Positions 16,671-25,826 of a stretch of DNA of 33,858 nt are shown here, in pieces. The stretch is taken from the IMG/VR virus record IMGVR_UViG_3300041584_000118, positions 1-33,858 of that record. One strand, written 5' to 3'. The stretch's first letter is position 1, and the number at the start of each line of letters is the position of its first letter. The DNA comes from a virus (taxonomy: Duplodnaviria; Caudoviricetes). Both the position numbers and the translations under genes were made by a program. The notes below the pieces were generated by a model. That model had not been told where the DNA came from, searched no databases, and saw only the letters and a list, made by a program, of their open reading frames with translations.

Positions 16671-16706
16671 AAAAAAATCGCGATAGCCAACGGCCACCGC
16701 GATTTT
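16671..16706 (-). terminator. Intrinsic terminator insulating the cassette from upstream late transcription
   Basis: Minus strand AAAATCGCGGTGGC-CGTTG-GCTATCGCGATTTTTTT. Confidence 0.7.
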
Positions 16707-16826
16707 AGACTAGAAAACTATATCAAAAAAATCTTTAGCCGGGCATGACGCACTGGAACTGGTGCTTGGTTTTGCCAGTGGCGATGTTTCCAGCCAAAAT
16801 GATTACCATACTATATAGGAGTTAAT

Positions 16827-17357
16827 TTACTGCGCTTCCAACTGCTCCTTCAGGGCCTTGGCCACCAGCGACTGGGCGCTGTAGAGCAGCCGGCTGCTCA
16901 TGACGTTCACAAAGTCGGCTTTGGTGCGGTTGTACCAGCGTTGGTTGGGCCTCCGGCCTACTTTGTTGACTTTTTTACGGTGCATGGCAATGGCCCAGGC
17001 AATGTGCCGAGCATCGGAGCGGGTGGTGGGTACTTTGCGATGCCCAAACCGGTTGACCCACGCGAATTTATCAAGCCCTACTTTTTCGATATAGGTTTCG
17101 AGCTGATCAATGGGCGGCATGCCTACGTAGTTGAGCGTTTTCATATCCTTGAAACGACCATAGGCGCCAAAGTGAATTTCGCCAGCGGCGGCCAGTTGGC
17201 CGGCTTGGTAGGTGATGTGGTACTCAAACGAGCTTTTCAGGTCGCCGGTGAGCACGAGGTTCCCGCGATCTAAGGCACGCTGAAAATAACCCACGGCTTC
17301 GCTGGTGATCTCGGTGGTGAGGGCTATGATTTCTTGGCTTAGTTCGTCTTGGATCAT
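16827..17357 (-). CDS. Putative neck/tail-completion protein
   Basis: 176 aa, basic, TGDLKSS motif reminiscent of HK97 gp10-like proteins; located in the tail module. Confidence 0.5.
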   Translation of the reverse strand: MIQDELSQEIIALTTEITSEAVGYFQRALDRGNLVLTGDLKSSFEYHITYQAGQLAAAGEIHFGAYGRFKDMKTLNYVGMPPIDQLETYIEKVGLDKFAWVNRFGHRKVPTTRSDARHIAWAIAMHRKKVNKVGRRPNQRWYNRTKADFVNVMSSRLLYSAQSLVAKALKEQLEAQ

Positions 17358-19366
17358 GGGGCGGGCTCGATGATGATGATTAGGTCGGGATCGGCCCAGG
17401 CTACGGCTAGGGTGGAGAAGCGGTAGGTTTGGGGGCCATTGAGCGTGGGACTGGCCAGGCTCTTGGAGGGTATCCGGATGCGGTACGGTAGCGTAGGCGG
17501 GCTGGAAAATATGGCCCGGACGTCGATATTATAGGTACCGCCGTCGATGGGGCTGGCGGCGTAGCGGGTCACGCCCAAGGCGTAGGTGGTGTTGGGGATG
17601 ATCTCGACGCCGCTAAGCAGTACGGCCGCAATAGGATTATAGGACCCCGCGTGCAGGCCGGAGGCATCGCCGGGGCAGTTGTTTTGTAAGCCAATGGGTA
17701 CGGGAGCGGCCGCGATGCAGCTGCCGTATAGGTTGGCGTTGGCCTGGGTATCGAGGGCGGTGTAGGCGGCCTGGGCGCGGGCGTCGGCGTCGGCTTGGCT
17801 AGTTTCGGAGCCATAGGTCCCCGCTGGTATGCTGATGAGCCAACGGGTACCCACTTGCCCCACTGCGCAGCCTGTCTTGAAAAAAATAGAAAGCGCCGAA
17901 ACGGCGGCACTGAGGTAGGGCGTATTGGCGGCAGTGCAGTCGGCACTTCCCCAGCTATCGATGTAGCCCTCGGTGCCGGGGCTATTGGTTTTTTGGGTGT
18001 AGGGCTTGACGTCTTGGCCGGTATCGAGGTAGTATTTTGCGAGCACGCCAAACCGCTTTTGGCCAGTGCGTAGGCCATTGGCGGGGTTGATCTGGCAAGC
18101 GGGGGCATCGCCACGCCAGCCGGTGGCACGGGTAGGTGCGGCCTCGATGCTGGGCAATAGGCTATACGAGCGCTCCTGGTTGGTATACCGAAACACCATG
18201 CCGCGGGCTACGAGGTCTTCGGCGTCGGCTTGTACGAGGTAGCTGTCTGACACGGGCTGCAAGGCAATGTGGGCGCGGTCGGTAATGAGGTAGCATTGCT
18301 CGGAAAAGTAGAGCTCTTGCCACCAGGCTTTTTGGGCCTGCACCTGATGCCTCGGAAAGCCAAAGGCCACGGAAAGCTCACGCTCGCCGCTGACGCGATT
18401 GATGATGCGCTCCTGGGCAGTGGGTAGGTAGTCGTAGCCCGTGAACTGATCGGCGAGCTCGCGGGTCACTTTGAGGGTTTCGGTGGCGTCGCCGGTGAGG
18501 GCGAGGGTATCGAAGCTTCCGAGGCTGTTTTCGAACAATACGTACCGAACTTGACGGTGATAGGTGCGGTCGACGTAGTAGGTGCGGATCTCGGATAGGC
18601 GCTCATTGGCTTCGTTGGAAATCCAGAGATCGTAGTGCAATACTTCTTGGGGTAGTGCCAGTAGCCCAAGCGCCTGCATGCCTACGGGGATGCAGTAGGC
18701 CGTCATGGCCTGCGCCCCGGCTAGGGTGCTGGCGGTGAGGGTGTGGCGGGTGTGGTCGGCGTAGAGTACGTTCACCCGCACGCGCAGCTCGGTGGGGGCC
18801 GGGTTGATGTTGGTGAGGTAGGTAAGGTACTCGGGCTGATCGGTACGGATGTTGCTGCGGTTGGGCTTGTAGGTAAGAAACTTGCGGCCCTGGGTGTAGC
18901 GGCTGAAAAAGGTATCCTTGAAGTCGGCGTAGTGGCTGGGGCCAACCCCAGCCCGGTAGACGTAGCCCGTGGGTAGCTGGGTGGTGTCGATGGGCGCTTC
19001 GGCGTCGAGCCGGCGCGATACGGCATAGTACGACGTGGTGAGGGTATCACACACACTGATGGCCTGCTGGCCAAAGTCGGGTGGGCAAGCCATGAGCTGC
19101 GAATGCAGCAGGTCAGCTACATCGAAGTAGGCCCCGGCGTAGATGGTAGCGTCGGCGGTGCTGGCTGGCGGCTCCTCGGAGGCCTCTAAGGTGGTGAGCA
19201 GCTGGTAGTCTTGGCCCTGAAAGTATTTGGGCAGGTAGATATCCAGGAGGTACCTGAGCCCCGACCGGGTGGGGTACTCGGTGGGGCTCAGGGGGTCGGT
19301 ATTGAGGACGATCGGGTTTTTGGACAGGGCCAGGTCGATGGTCGTGAAGTTAGCTAAGGAGTCCAT
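17354..19366 (-). CDS. Virion tail protein with a DUF5977-like repeat
   Basis: FENSLGSFDT motif; GTYGSETSQADADARAQ...QANANLYGSC matches the recalled DUF5977 pattern; ATG start 19366 preferred over 19393. Confidence 0.65.
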   Translation of the reverse strand: MDSLANFTTIDLALSKNPIVLNTDPLSPTEYPTRSGLRYLLDIYLPKYFQGQDYQLLTTLEASEEPPASTADATIYAGAYFDVADLLHSQLMACPPDFGQQAISVCDTLTTSYYAVSRRLDAEAPIDTTQLPTGYVYRAGVGPSHYADFKDTFFSRYTQGRKFLTYKPNRSNIRTDQPEYLTYLTNINPAPTELRVRVNVLYADHTRHTLTASTLAGAQAMTAYCIPVGMQALGLLALPQEVLHYDLWISNEANERLSEIRTYYVDRTYHRQVRYVLFENSLGSFDTLALTGDATETLKVTRELADQFTGYDYLPTAQERIINRVSGERELSVAFGFPRHQVQAQKAWWQELYFSEQCYLITDRAHIALQPVSDSYLVQADAEDLVARGMVFRYTNQERSYSLLPSIEAAPTRATGWRGDAPACQINPANGLRTGQKRFGVLAKYYLDTGQDVKPYTQKTNSPGTEGYIDSWGSADCTAANTPYLSAAVSALSIFFKTGCAVGQVGTRWLISIPAGTYGSETSQADADARAQAAYTALDTQANANLYGSCIAAAPVPIGLQNNCPGDASGLHAGSYNPIAAVLLSGVEIIPNTTYALGVTRYAASPIDGGTYNIDVRAIFSSPPTLPYRIRIPSKSLASPTLNGPQTYRFSTLAVAWADPDLIIIIEPAP

Positions 19367-19823
19367 TGGCGTTAAGATAGAGTTCAAAATCAAGTTTCCA
19401 GCCGAAGTGGTTATTGGCCCAGGCGCGGTCGACGGCAGTTTTGCGCATGCCCGACAAACTGCAATGGATGAAGCCCTTGGCGCGGTTATCGGCCAGCATT
19501 TGTTTTTGGAGCTCGTAGATAATCCTGACGGAATCTATTTCGGCCTGGGTTTGCTCCTGGGGGCTATCGAGTGGGGGGGCGTAGATGACACTCACGCCAC
19601 CATAATAGACTTCGGTGAACTGGCTGGCCTCGTTGTCTTCGGACCGGATTTCGGGTTGTTCGAGCCACAGGAACGGGTACGAGAAATCTTCGTGGCCGGT
19701 GGCGTACTGGATGCCCAGCTCTACGCCTCCGTACAGAAAAAAATTAATGTCAGGATGGTTGGCGGCGAAATCCTTGAAATAGTTGATGTAGGATTCGAAG
19801 TCGGCAGAAACTAGCATGGGCAT
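19350..19823 (-). CDS. Putative tail terminator-like protein
   Basis: 157 aa acidic, YPFLWLE motif; synteny. Confidence 0.5.
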   Translation of the reverse strand: MPMLVSADFESYINYFKDFAANHPDINFFLYGGVELGIQYATGHEDFSYPFLWLEQPEIRSEDNEASQFTEVYYGGVSVIYAPPLDSPQEQTQAEIDSVRIIYELQKQMLADNRAKGFIHCSLSGMRKTAVDRAWANNHFGWKLDFELYLNANGLLS

Positions 19824-19842
19824 TCCGTGGTGAGTGAATGCG

Positions 19843-19878
19843 TGAAGGTCGGAAGGTTTGGGGGGTTGGAGTAGGACA
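19843..19878 (-). promoter_or_regulatory. Candidate late promoter (TGTCCT-N22-GACCTTCA)
   Basis: Shared motif and spacing. Confidence 0.5.
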
Positions 19879-19998
19879 GAAATTTTTGGAGGAAGGGAGG
19901 GGCTGACGTAATACTATCAACATCAGGGGCTCATTATGATGTGTATAACTAGTAGTAACAGTAGTATACAGATCCCCCCCCTTCTTGAAATACCTTAC

Positions 19999-20199
19999 TC
20001 AGGCTAAGGTATGACACTCCAACAATTCAGGAATAGTGGTAATATCCCATATTGCCTTTTCTTCATTTAAGCTTTCGTAGTATGCTCTGGCTTCCGAAAG
20101 TTTTGTGAACTCTTTTGTCACTTTTGCTTCCACTTCATACTTGCCATTTTCGGCTGAGTAATCATACCCATCTCCAACGTATAGTTGTAGTTTTTTCAT
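19999..20199 (-). CDS. Hypothetical protein (66 aa, AT-rich)
   Basis: ATG ORF, co-oriented. Confidence 0.65.
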   Translation of the reverse strand: MKKLQLYVGDGYDYSAENGKYEVEAKVTKEFTKLSEARAYYESLNEEKAIWDITTIPELLECHTLA

Positions 20200-20210
20200 A
20201 TTGCTCTACT

Positions 20211-20564
20211 CTATTGAGTGACTCCTTGTTTCTTGCACATGAATTCGTGGATGGCTTGTAGGGCCACCAGGGGGATCTTGTGCTTGCGGCGCTGGATTTG
20301 GTAGTCGACTTCCCATAAGTCGGGATGACGGGTGCCGTTTTCTATTGCTCGTTTCCGTGCGATCAGCCAATTGACCATAGTGTTGTCGAGCTTGGTATCG
20401 GGGGGGATTTGGAGGCCATCTAGTGCCCCTAACCGAAAACGGATGGCTCCTAGCTGGTAGGAGAGCCATGGGGCGATGTACTCCCAGAGTATGCCAAATA
20501 TCTGGATTCGGGGGTGGGCGTAGCTACGCTTGGCTTTGGGCTTCCATTTGTCGGAGTTGTTCAT
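20211..20564 (-). CDS. Hypothetical protein (117 aa)
   Basis: Co-oriented ORF, 41-nt overlap with the upstream gene. Confidence 0.5.
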   Translation of the reverse strand: MNNSDKWKPKAKRSYAHPRIQIFGILWEYIAPWLSYQLGAIRFRLGALDGLQIPPDTKLDNTMVNWLIARKRAIENGTRHPDLWEVDYQIQRRKHKIPLVALQAIHEFMCKKQGVTQ

Positions 20565-21330
20565 CGTTTTTGATTTTCTTGTGTTTCAAATATAACCAAA
20601 TAGTATGAACATTGGTAGCACAGACACTATCAAAATTTCCGTGGACGCGGTTTTCGGCTACGTCTTCGATGGTGGAGAGCCAGCCTTCGCCATTATGAAA
20701 GAGGGTGCGGGCGTCGGGGGCGGCGTCGTATAGGTTGGCGTAGCGTTGCACGAAGGCGTTGTTGTGGTGCTCCCAGTATAAGATAATGGGCAGGATGGTT
20801 TCGAGGCTGAGCCGACGGAGTTTTTTGGCGCGTTGGCTGGCCCGAAGGGAGTTGTAGGGCTGGCGGTCGTCGCCGTCGTAGGAGGTGAAATGTTTGCGTA
20901 GCTGCCAACCGAAGCGGCGCGGGCGCAGGATGATGGCCAAGAATTCGTAGAGTGCGTCGGGGTTGGGCGCTTTTGGATTGGAGTAGGCTAGGTAATAGAT
21001 GTTGGCCATGGCTACTTCGATGGTGGAGCTGTCGGCGTAGGCGGGCCGTGGGAGGTAGTAGCGTGTAAGGCCCACGCGAACGTACGGAAACGGCGGCTCG
21101 GTGATGGGGGTGTTGATGGCCCAGCGCACGGCGTCGTAGAGATCGTTGCGGGCTACGAGGGGCAGCTCGGCTACGTCTTGTAGCCCGGTGAGGACCTGCA
21201 CGAGCTGGTTATAGAGGGGCAGCGTGAGGTCTTGGTCGTCGGTAGTACGGATGGCCAGTACCAGGGGTAGGGCTTTTTTGAGCTGCCTAGGGCTACACTC
21301 GGCCCATGATGCTGGTATTTTGTTTTTCAT
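20524..21330 (-). CDS. Phage morphogenesis protein (possible tail assembly chaperone)
   Basis: 268 aa, IPASWAE start; position in the late region; function inferred only. Confidence 0.5.
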   Translation of the reverse strand: MKNKIPASWAECSPRQLKKALPLVLAIRTTDDQDLTLPLYNQLVQVLTGLQDVAELPLVARNDLYDAVRWAINTPITEPPFPYVRVGLTRYYLPRPAYADSSTIEVAMANIYYLAYSNPKAPNPDALYEFLAIILRPRRFGWQLRKHFTSYDGDDRQPYNSLRASQRAKKLRRLSLETILPIILYWEHHNNAFVQRYANLYDAAPDARTLFHNGEGWLSTIEDVAENRVHGNFDSVCATNVHTIWLYLKHKKIKNDEQLRQMEAQSQA

Positions 21331-21341
21331 GCGGAAGCGAT

Positions 21342-21800
21342 TCAGGTGCTTTCGTAGTAGGTTTTGCCGGCAATGCGCAGGGCGGTGAGCTGCTGGCGCC
21401 GGTGGCGTTCAGAATAGCTAACGTGGATCCAGGAGGGTTCGCCTTGGGCGTCGGGAAATTCGGCAATGAGTTGGTCGAAGGGCAGTTTGAGCGCTACGAT
21501 CCTGTCGAGTAGTTCGGCGTTGCTGACACCGGGGCTGCTGATGTCGGCGGCTTGGCCCTGCACGTGTTGTGAGCTGCGGGCCCCACCAATGGCGCGGTTG
21601 AGCCGGGGGCAGCGGTAGCCACTGCTTACGCGGATGGGTACGCCGACGCTGAGCCGGAGGGGTTCAAGGATATTGACGGATAAGGCCCGGAGGTTTTCGG
21701 TGATCTCCTCCGACGGCGCGAACTGTTCCTTGTAGCCGCGACGGGTGGCGGTTTGGCTGGCTAGCATTTCGGCTAGGGTGAAGCGCTCGGATAGTTTCAT
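21342..21800 (-). CDS. Endolysin, peptidase M15A (zinc D-Ala-D-Ala peptidase) family
   Basis: SSGYRCPRLNRAIGGARSSQHVQGQAADI and WIHVSY zinc-ligand motifs. Confidence 0.92.
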   Translation of the reverse strand: MKLSERFTLAEMLASQTATRRGYKEQFAPSEEITENLRALSVNILEPLRLSVGVPIRVSSGYRCPRLNRAIGGARSSQHVQGQAADISSPGVSNAELLDRIVALKLPFDQLIAEFPDAQGEPSWIHVSYSERHRRQQLTALRIAGKTYYEST

Positions 21801-22399
21801 GGCGCTGGCTTGGTGTCTTTCTTCTCGTCGGTAACCTCGGGCGGTGTTTTCAGCAGATCGGCGAACTCTCCGGTCTTGCGGAACCGCCGAAAGGTAGCCG
21901 AAAACCAGGCGGGTACGTAGTTGGGCAGGATCTGCTCGATCAGGTCTAGGGATTTAAGGCTGTGGTAGGTGAAGGTGATCATGTAGCCGGAATAGATGAA
22001 GTACATGCCGATGATAGGCCCAGTGGGCACGTCGACAATCCCGACCCGTGAGGCGATGGTAAGGACGCCAAAAATAGCAATGGCGAATAGGTAGCCGAGC
22101 ACGATGAGGGACACCATGACGGTAAGCTGCGTGGCGGTCTTGATGAGAAACAACTTAGCGTCACGCTCTTTGTTTTTTATGTGCTTGACGAGCCCGAGCA
22201 TGGTCATGAGCGCGAAGGCGATGAAAGTAATGTAGGCGAAGTCGGCGGTGACGTCGCTGTCTTGCATCAGTACGCGCATGAAGCCACTGGTGGCCAGTGC
22301 TATGGCTAGTAGGCCTTTGTCGGCAAGGGTGGATGTGAGGCCATCTGCCAGGTCGTTAAGAAAATTGTTCACGGTATAGTCTCGAAAGTATGGTTTCAT
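21797..22399 (-). CDS. Putative holin (multi-pass membrane protein, about 200 aa)
   Basis: About 4 hydrophobic segments, charged C-terminus, coupled to the endolysin; start reassigned to MKPYFRDY. Confidence 0.65.
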   Translation of the reverse strand: MKPYFRDYTVNNFLNDLADGLTSTLADKGLLAIALATSGFMRVLMQDSDVTADFAYITFIAFALMTMLGLVKHIKNKERDAKLFLIKTATQLTVMVSLIVLGYLFAIAIFGVLTIASRVGIVDVPTGPIIGMYFIYSGYMITFTYHSLKSLDLIEQILPNYVPAWFSATFRRFRKTGEFADLLKTPPEVTDEKKDTKPAP

Positions 22400-22409
22400 G
22401 GTTTCGTGT

Positions 22410-22799
22410 TTAGATGGGTACAAGGACGCCAAGTAGGAACCCTTCAAGGCGCCCTTTCCAGCGCTGGCGGCGGCGGTATTTCTGGGCGGTGAGCAGTGCT
22501 TGCTGGTGCAGGTGCTCTGTGATGGCGGCTTGCAGGCGTAGCACTCTGACTTCGTGGGCGAGGGCCTGGTTGTGTTGCTGTGTGTACTCATGGGCTTTCA
22601 GGAGGTTTTGGTGGGTGTGTTGGAGCTGGGTGTAGAGCAGCAGGCTGTCGAGCAGGGCGTTTTCGTAGGCTGTCGAGAACTCGTCCCTGGACAATTGCCC
22701 GGAGGCTGTCGCGGAGCAGCACAGTAGTAGCATCACCACGAAACAGGCGCACGGCCAGGCTGTGGAGTTCGGACTTGGATTGTTGGTAGCGTATTTCAT
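22410..22799 (-). CDS. Putative spanin-like envelope protein (overlapping frame)
   Basis: Hydrophobic Cys-containing N-terminus, coiled coil, hydrophobic C-terminus; overlaps the upstream gene. Confidence 0.45.
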   Translation of the reverse strand: MKYATNNPSPNSTAWPCACFVVMLLLCCSATASGQLSRDEFSTAYENALLDSLLLYTQLQHTHQNLLKAHEYTQQHNQALAHEVRVLRLQAAITEHLHQQALLTAQKYRRRQRWKGRLEGFLLGVLVPI

Positions 22800-22983
22800 A
22801 GTAGGCGGCTGAATCGTGCGCAAAACGTGCTTTTTCTTGGTAGTGAGCGGCGCTGTCGTGGGCGGTTTCGAAGGCGCTGCGCGTTGGCTTCTGCTGGCAC
22901 GCCCGGTACACTAAGGCCAGAAAACCCAAGGTAAGCAGGCATAATGCTAGGGTTGCGACGGTGCGGATGGGCGTGTTTTTCAT
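22588..22983 (-). CDS. Putative inner-membrane spanin (Rz-like)
   Basis: N-terminal TM helix then helical domain, Pro-rich tail; in the lysis cassette. Confidence 0.5.
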   Translation of the reverse strand: MKNTPIRTVATLALCLLTLGFLALVYRACQQKPTRSAFETAHDSAAHYQEKARFAHDSAAYYEIRYQQSKSELHSLAVRLFRGDATTVLLRDSLRAIVQGRVLDSLRKRPARQPAALHPAPTHPPKPPESP

Positions 22984-23028
22984 TTTTGAATCAGTGAATA
23001 GGGGCAATGTTAGAATAGTTCATTTTCT

Positions 23029-24816
23029 CTATCTTCTTGCTTCGCCCCAGAAGTCGGTGTCGTCGGGTCGTAGCCAGTTATCTCCTTTCCAGAAGGGGCT
23101 GTATATCTGTTGGCCTTTCCAGAAGGCGGGCGTAATAGAAACCTCGGTGGTGGGCCAATTGGGGCGGGTGTAGGGCTTGCCAATATACTTTTCATGCAGG
23201 CGTTTGAGGTGCGGCTCCATATTTCTAATCTCCTCAGGACAGAAGGCCATCGCGAAGGCTACTACGTGGGTGCCTTGTTGGTAGGCTTTTTCGTATTCTC
23301 GTTCCATCAGGCCCAGGTCAATGCCGGAGCAGTACCGTCCAGAACTGGCGAGGTCGGTGGGGTCGTACTCGATCATGCTGAGCTTGCCCATACCTTGGGC
23401 GATGGCGTTGCACAATAGTTTTCGGTCGATATTGGAGGGAAAATCGCCATCGGTGCCATACATCATATCAGCTGCTGCGGCCTGAGCGGCGAAGTTGCTG
23501 TGCAGAAACCAAGCGTTTTGCGGGTTGCCCGCATCAGGGTACATATACACGCTCAGGAGTTTTCCATTACTACCCTTTTTCACAGCCTTGGTGAAGCTCT
23601 CGAAGTGGTTGGTTAGATTAAGACTGATATACCTGGCGAAATCCTTGCCGACTTCGTTGCCCATTTGCAAGCCTACGCCGCCGGTCCACTCCACGATCTC
23701 AGGGCGTTGGTAGGGTTGGTTTTTGCCTTTGCGAAACTGGCGAAAACCTTCCTGAAAAATGGGCTCGAAACCTGTGATTTCAGGGGTTGCGCTTTCACCT
23801 ACGCCGATTGTGGGGTTGATGTACTCTTCGGCTAGGCCACTACCTAGCGCCACGGAATGAGATTTTTCATAGGTAGCCAGCTCGGCGGATAGCGCTTCGA
23901 TGGCGGCGTACATTTTCTGGTTCACTTCCTGCGACACCATGGAGCCTAGTATGAGGCGATTTTCCATTTTCAGGGTAGTGCCCCGGTGGCCCTGCATGGC
24001 TTGTCCGGGGGGGATGAAGCCGTCGTTTTCATCCCGAAAGGGCCAGAAAAACACGGCTAGTTTCAGGTTTCGAGCGCGGCAGTAGGCTATTATTTTCTGT
24101 AAGGTGGCCTTCTGGAAATTGCCTGGGGTGGGTTCCCATTGGTGCCAGCGCACGCAGAGCCTTATACCCGTAATGCCATAGCCCCAACTGTACCGGAAAG
24201 CCTCAATGCGCTCGACCCACTCGGGGGCCATGCCTTGGGGGTCTTGGGGCGAAAAGCCGTAGCCGGTGAGGTTCATCAACAGATCATAGCTCGTGCCTTG
24301 GCTCGGGAAAGGTGGGAGCACGGGCGGTAGTACGGCAGGCGTAAGAACGCCAACGTTGGCAATAATAAAGGCTTTTTCGCTGCGTCCCTGGCAATTTTTC
24401 CCGTATAGTTTCAGAAGATAGCTGCCGGGCGGTAATGCCTGGTACGTGATATCGAGCACGTTGGAACGGGGTTCGATGCTACCCGTCCGGAGCAGGCCGG
24501 CGGCGGAGCTGATCTGCCAGGTGATGTCTGACACCTTAACGCCATGGAACTGGGTTTGGAGGTTGGTAGGGGTGACGTTGTAGATTTTCCGTATTTGGGG
24601 GCCTTCTTGGCAAGGGCTGAGCAGGGGTACGTTGATGACCGGCGGCAGTACTACCACGGGGGGCGTAATGACGGGAGCCGTGAGGGCTCGCACGACGGAA
24701 TCGACGTAGGCTTCGGTGGCGATCTTGCCCGATTTGGGAAATGTGACTGTACTCTGGGCAAGCGCTGCGAGGGCATAAACGAGCCAAAAGGCCGTGAGGA
24801 ATAGGTGTTTTTTCAT
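23029..24816 (-). CDS. Secreted glycoside hydrolase-like protein (signal peptide, Pro linkers, beta-sandwich, TIM barrel)
   Basis: Signal peptide ending ALA-Q; IRLCVRWHQWEPTPGNF...LQKII resembles clan GH-A/GH14-type barrels. Confidence 0.6.
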   Translation of the reverse strand: MKKHLFLTAFWLVYALAALAQSTVTFPKSGKIATEAYVDSVVRALTAPVITPPVVVLPPVINVPLLSPCQEGPQIRKIYNVTPTNLQTQFHGVKVSDITWQISSAAGLLRTGSIEPRSNVLDITYQALPPGSYLLKLYGKNCQGRSEKAFIIANVGVLTPAVLPPVLPPFPSQGTSYDLLMNLTGYGFSPQDPQGMAPEWVERIEAFRYSWGYGITGIRLCVRWHQWEPTPGNFQKATLQKIIAYCRARNLKLAVFFWPFRDENDGFIPPGQAMQGHRGTTLKMENRLILGSMVSQEVNQKMYAAIEALSAELATYEKSHSVALGSGLAEEYINPTIGVGESATPEITGFEPIFQEGFRQFRKGKNQPYQRPEIVEWTGGVGLQMGNEVGKDFARYISLNLTNHFESFTKAVKKGSNGKLLSVYMYPDAGNPQNAWFLHSNFAAQAAAADMMYGTDGDFPSNIDRKLLCNAIAQGMGKLSMIEYDPTDLASSGRYCSGIDLGLMEREYEKAYQQGTHVVAFAMAFCPEEIRNMEPHLKRLHEKYIGKPYTRPNWPTTEVSITPAFWKGQQIYSPFWKGDNWLRPDDTDFWGEARR

Positions 24817-24831
24817 GGCTAATAGACTTGA

Positions 24832-25812
24832 TTAAAATCCGTAATACTTTTTTTCTGCACTATTATTGACCCGACTTCCGGCGACGGTTCGGGCGGGTTT
24901 GTAGGCACTGGACGAGAAATAATCAGCAAACTCGGAGTCGCTGGCGTGGGCCATGAGGTGAGCAGTGAGCCTGCTTTGGAACTCTTGCACCTGACGTTGG
25001 CATTCGGAACGCATCTCTTGGCGGCGGGCGGTGGGTAGTATTTCTTCGTTGGAAATACCGTCGGTTTCGGAGATTAAGCGCCAATCTTGGTCGATATTCA
25101 GGAACGTGATACTCTCAAAAAAGGTCTGGTGGGCTAGCAGGTACCGGAGCATTTGGAGAGCTTCGGTTTCGAGGGCCGACCACGTAGACTCATCTTCGAG
25201 TAATTTTTCTTTCCAGGTGGCGTACTGCGCTTCACCCAGCAGGGGTTTGAGGTAGTAGTGCTCGGTTTTGGCCAGATAATCGCGCAAGGCCAGATAGACA
25301 CGCCGCGACTGCCGGGCTGGTGGAAAATAGGTAGTGAGCTCGGTGGCTGAGCTGATAAATAGTTTCTTGGAATAGGTATAGCTACCGGACGACCTCCAAG
25401 TGGGGAAGTCGGCGGCGTTGGTTTCGAGAAACTGCAAGGCACGTTCGAGTGCGAGGTCGGCTTTGTTGATGGCCTCCTTGCGAGCGGCCACGATCATCCA
25501 TTTGCCGGGGGACTGCATATTGTTGCCGGAGGGCGACTGCTTACCGGCGTCGGAGGTGTGCAGCACGAGCCGCATGCCTCCGAGCAGGTCGGCGTATTCG
25601 GCAATGGAGATGCGGAGCCAAGTCAGAAGACTGGTTTGCTTGGCGGTTGGCGTAGTGGCGTTGTCTAGTTCGGCATAGAGCTCTTGCCCGATAGCCGGCA
25701 CGATGTAGAGCATTTCGGCTTGCTGCACGAAGGGTTTCCAGGTGCGCCAGTTCATGGTTTGCTGGATGCCGCCGATGGCCTCTTTGAGTTGTTCTATGGA
25801 GTTGATAAGCAT
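24832..25812 (-). CDS. DUF6712-like phage protein (possible head-tail adaptor)
   Basis: 326 aa two-repeat architecture directly after the portal; recalled Bacteroidota prophage synteny. Confidence 0.6.
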   Translation of the reverse strand: MLINSIEQLKEAIGGIQQTMNWRTWKPFVQQAEMLYIVPAIGQELYAELDNATTPTAKQTSLLTWLRISIAEYADLLGGMRLVLHTSDAGKQSPSGNNMQSPGKWMIVAARKEAINKADLALERALQFLETNAADFPTWRSSGSYTYSKKLFISSATELTTYFPPARQSRRVYLALRDYLAKTEHYYLKPLLGEAQYATWKEKLLEDESTWSALETEALQMLRYLLAHQTFFESITFLNIDQDWRLISETDGISNEEILPTARRQEMRSECQRQVQEFQSRLTAHLMAHASDSEFADYFSSSAYKPARTVAGSRVNNSAEKKYYGF

Positions 25813-25826
25813 GGGTATCGGGCGGT

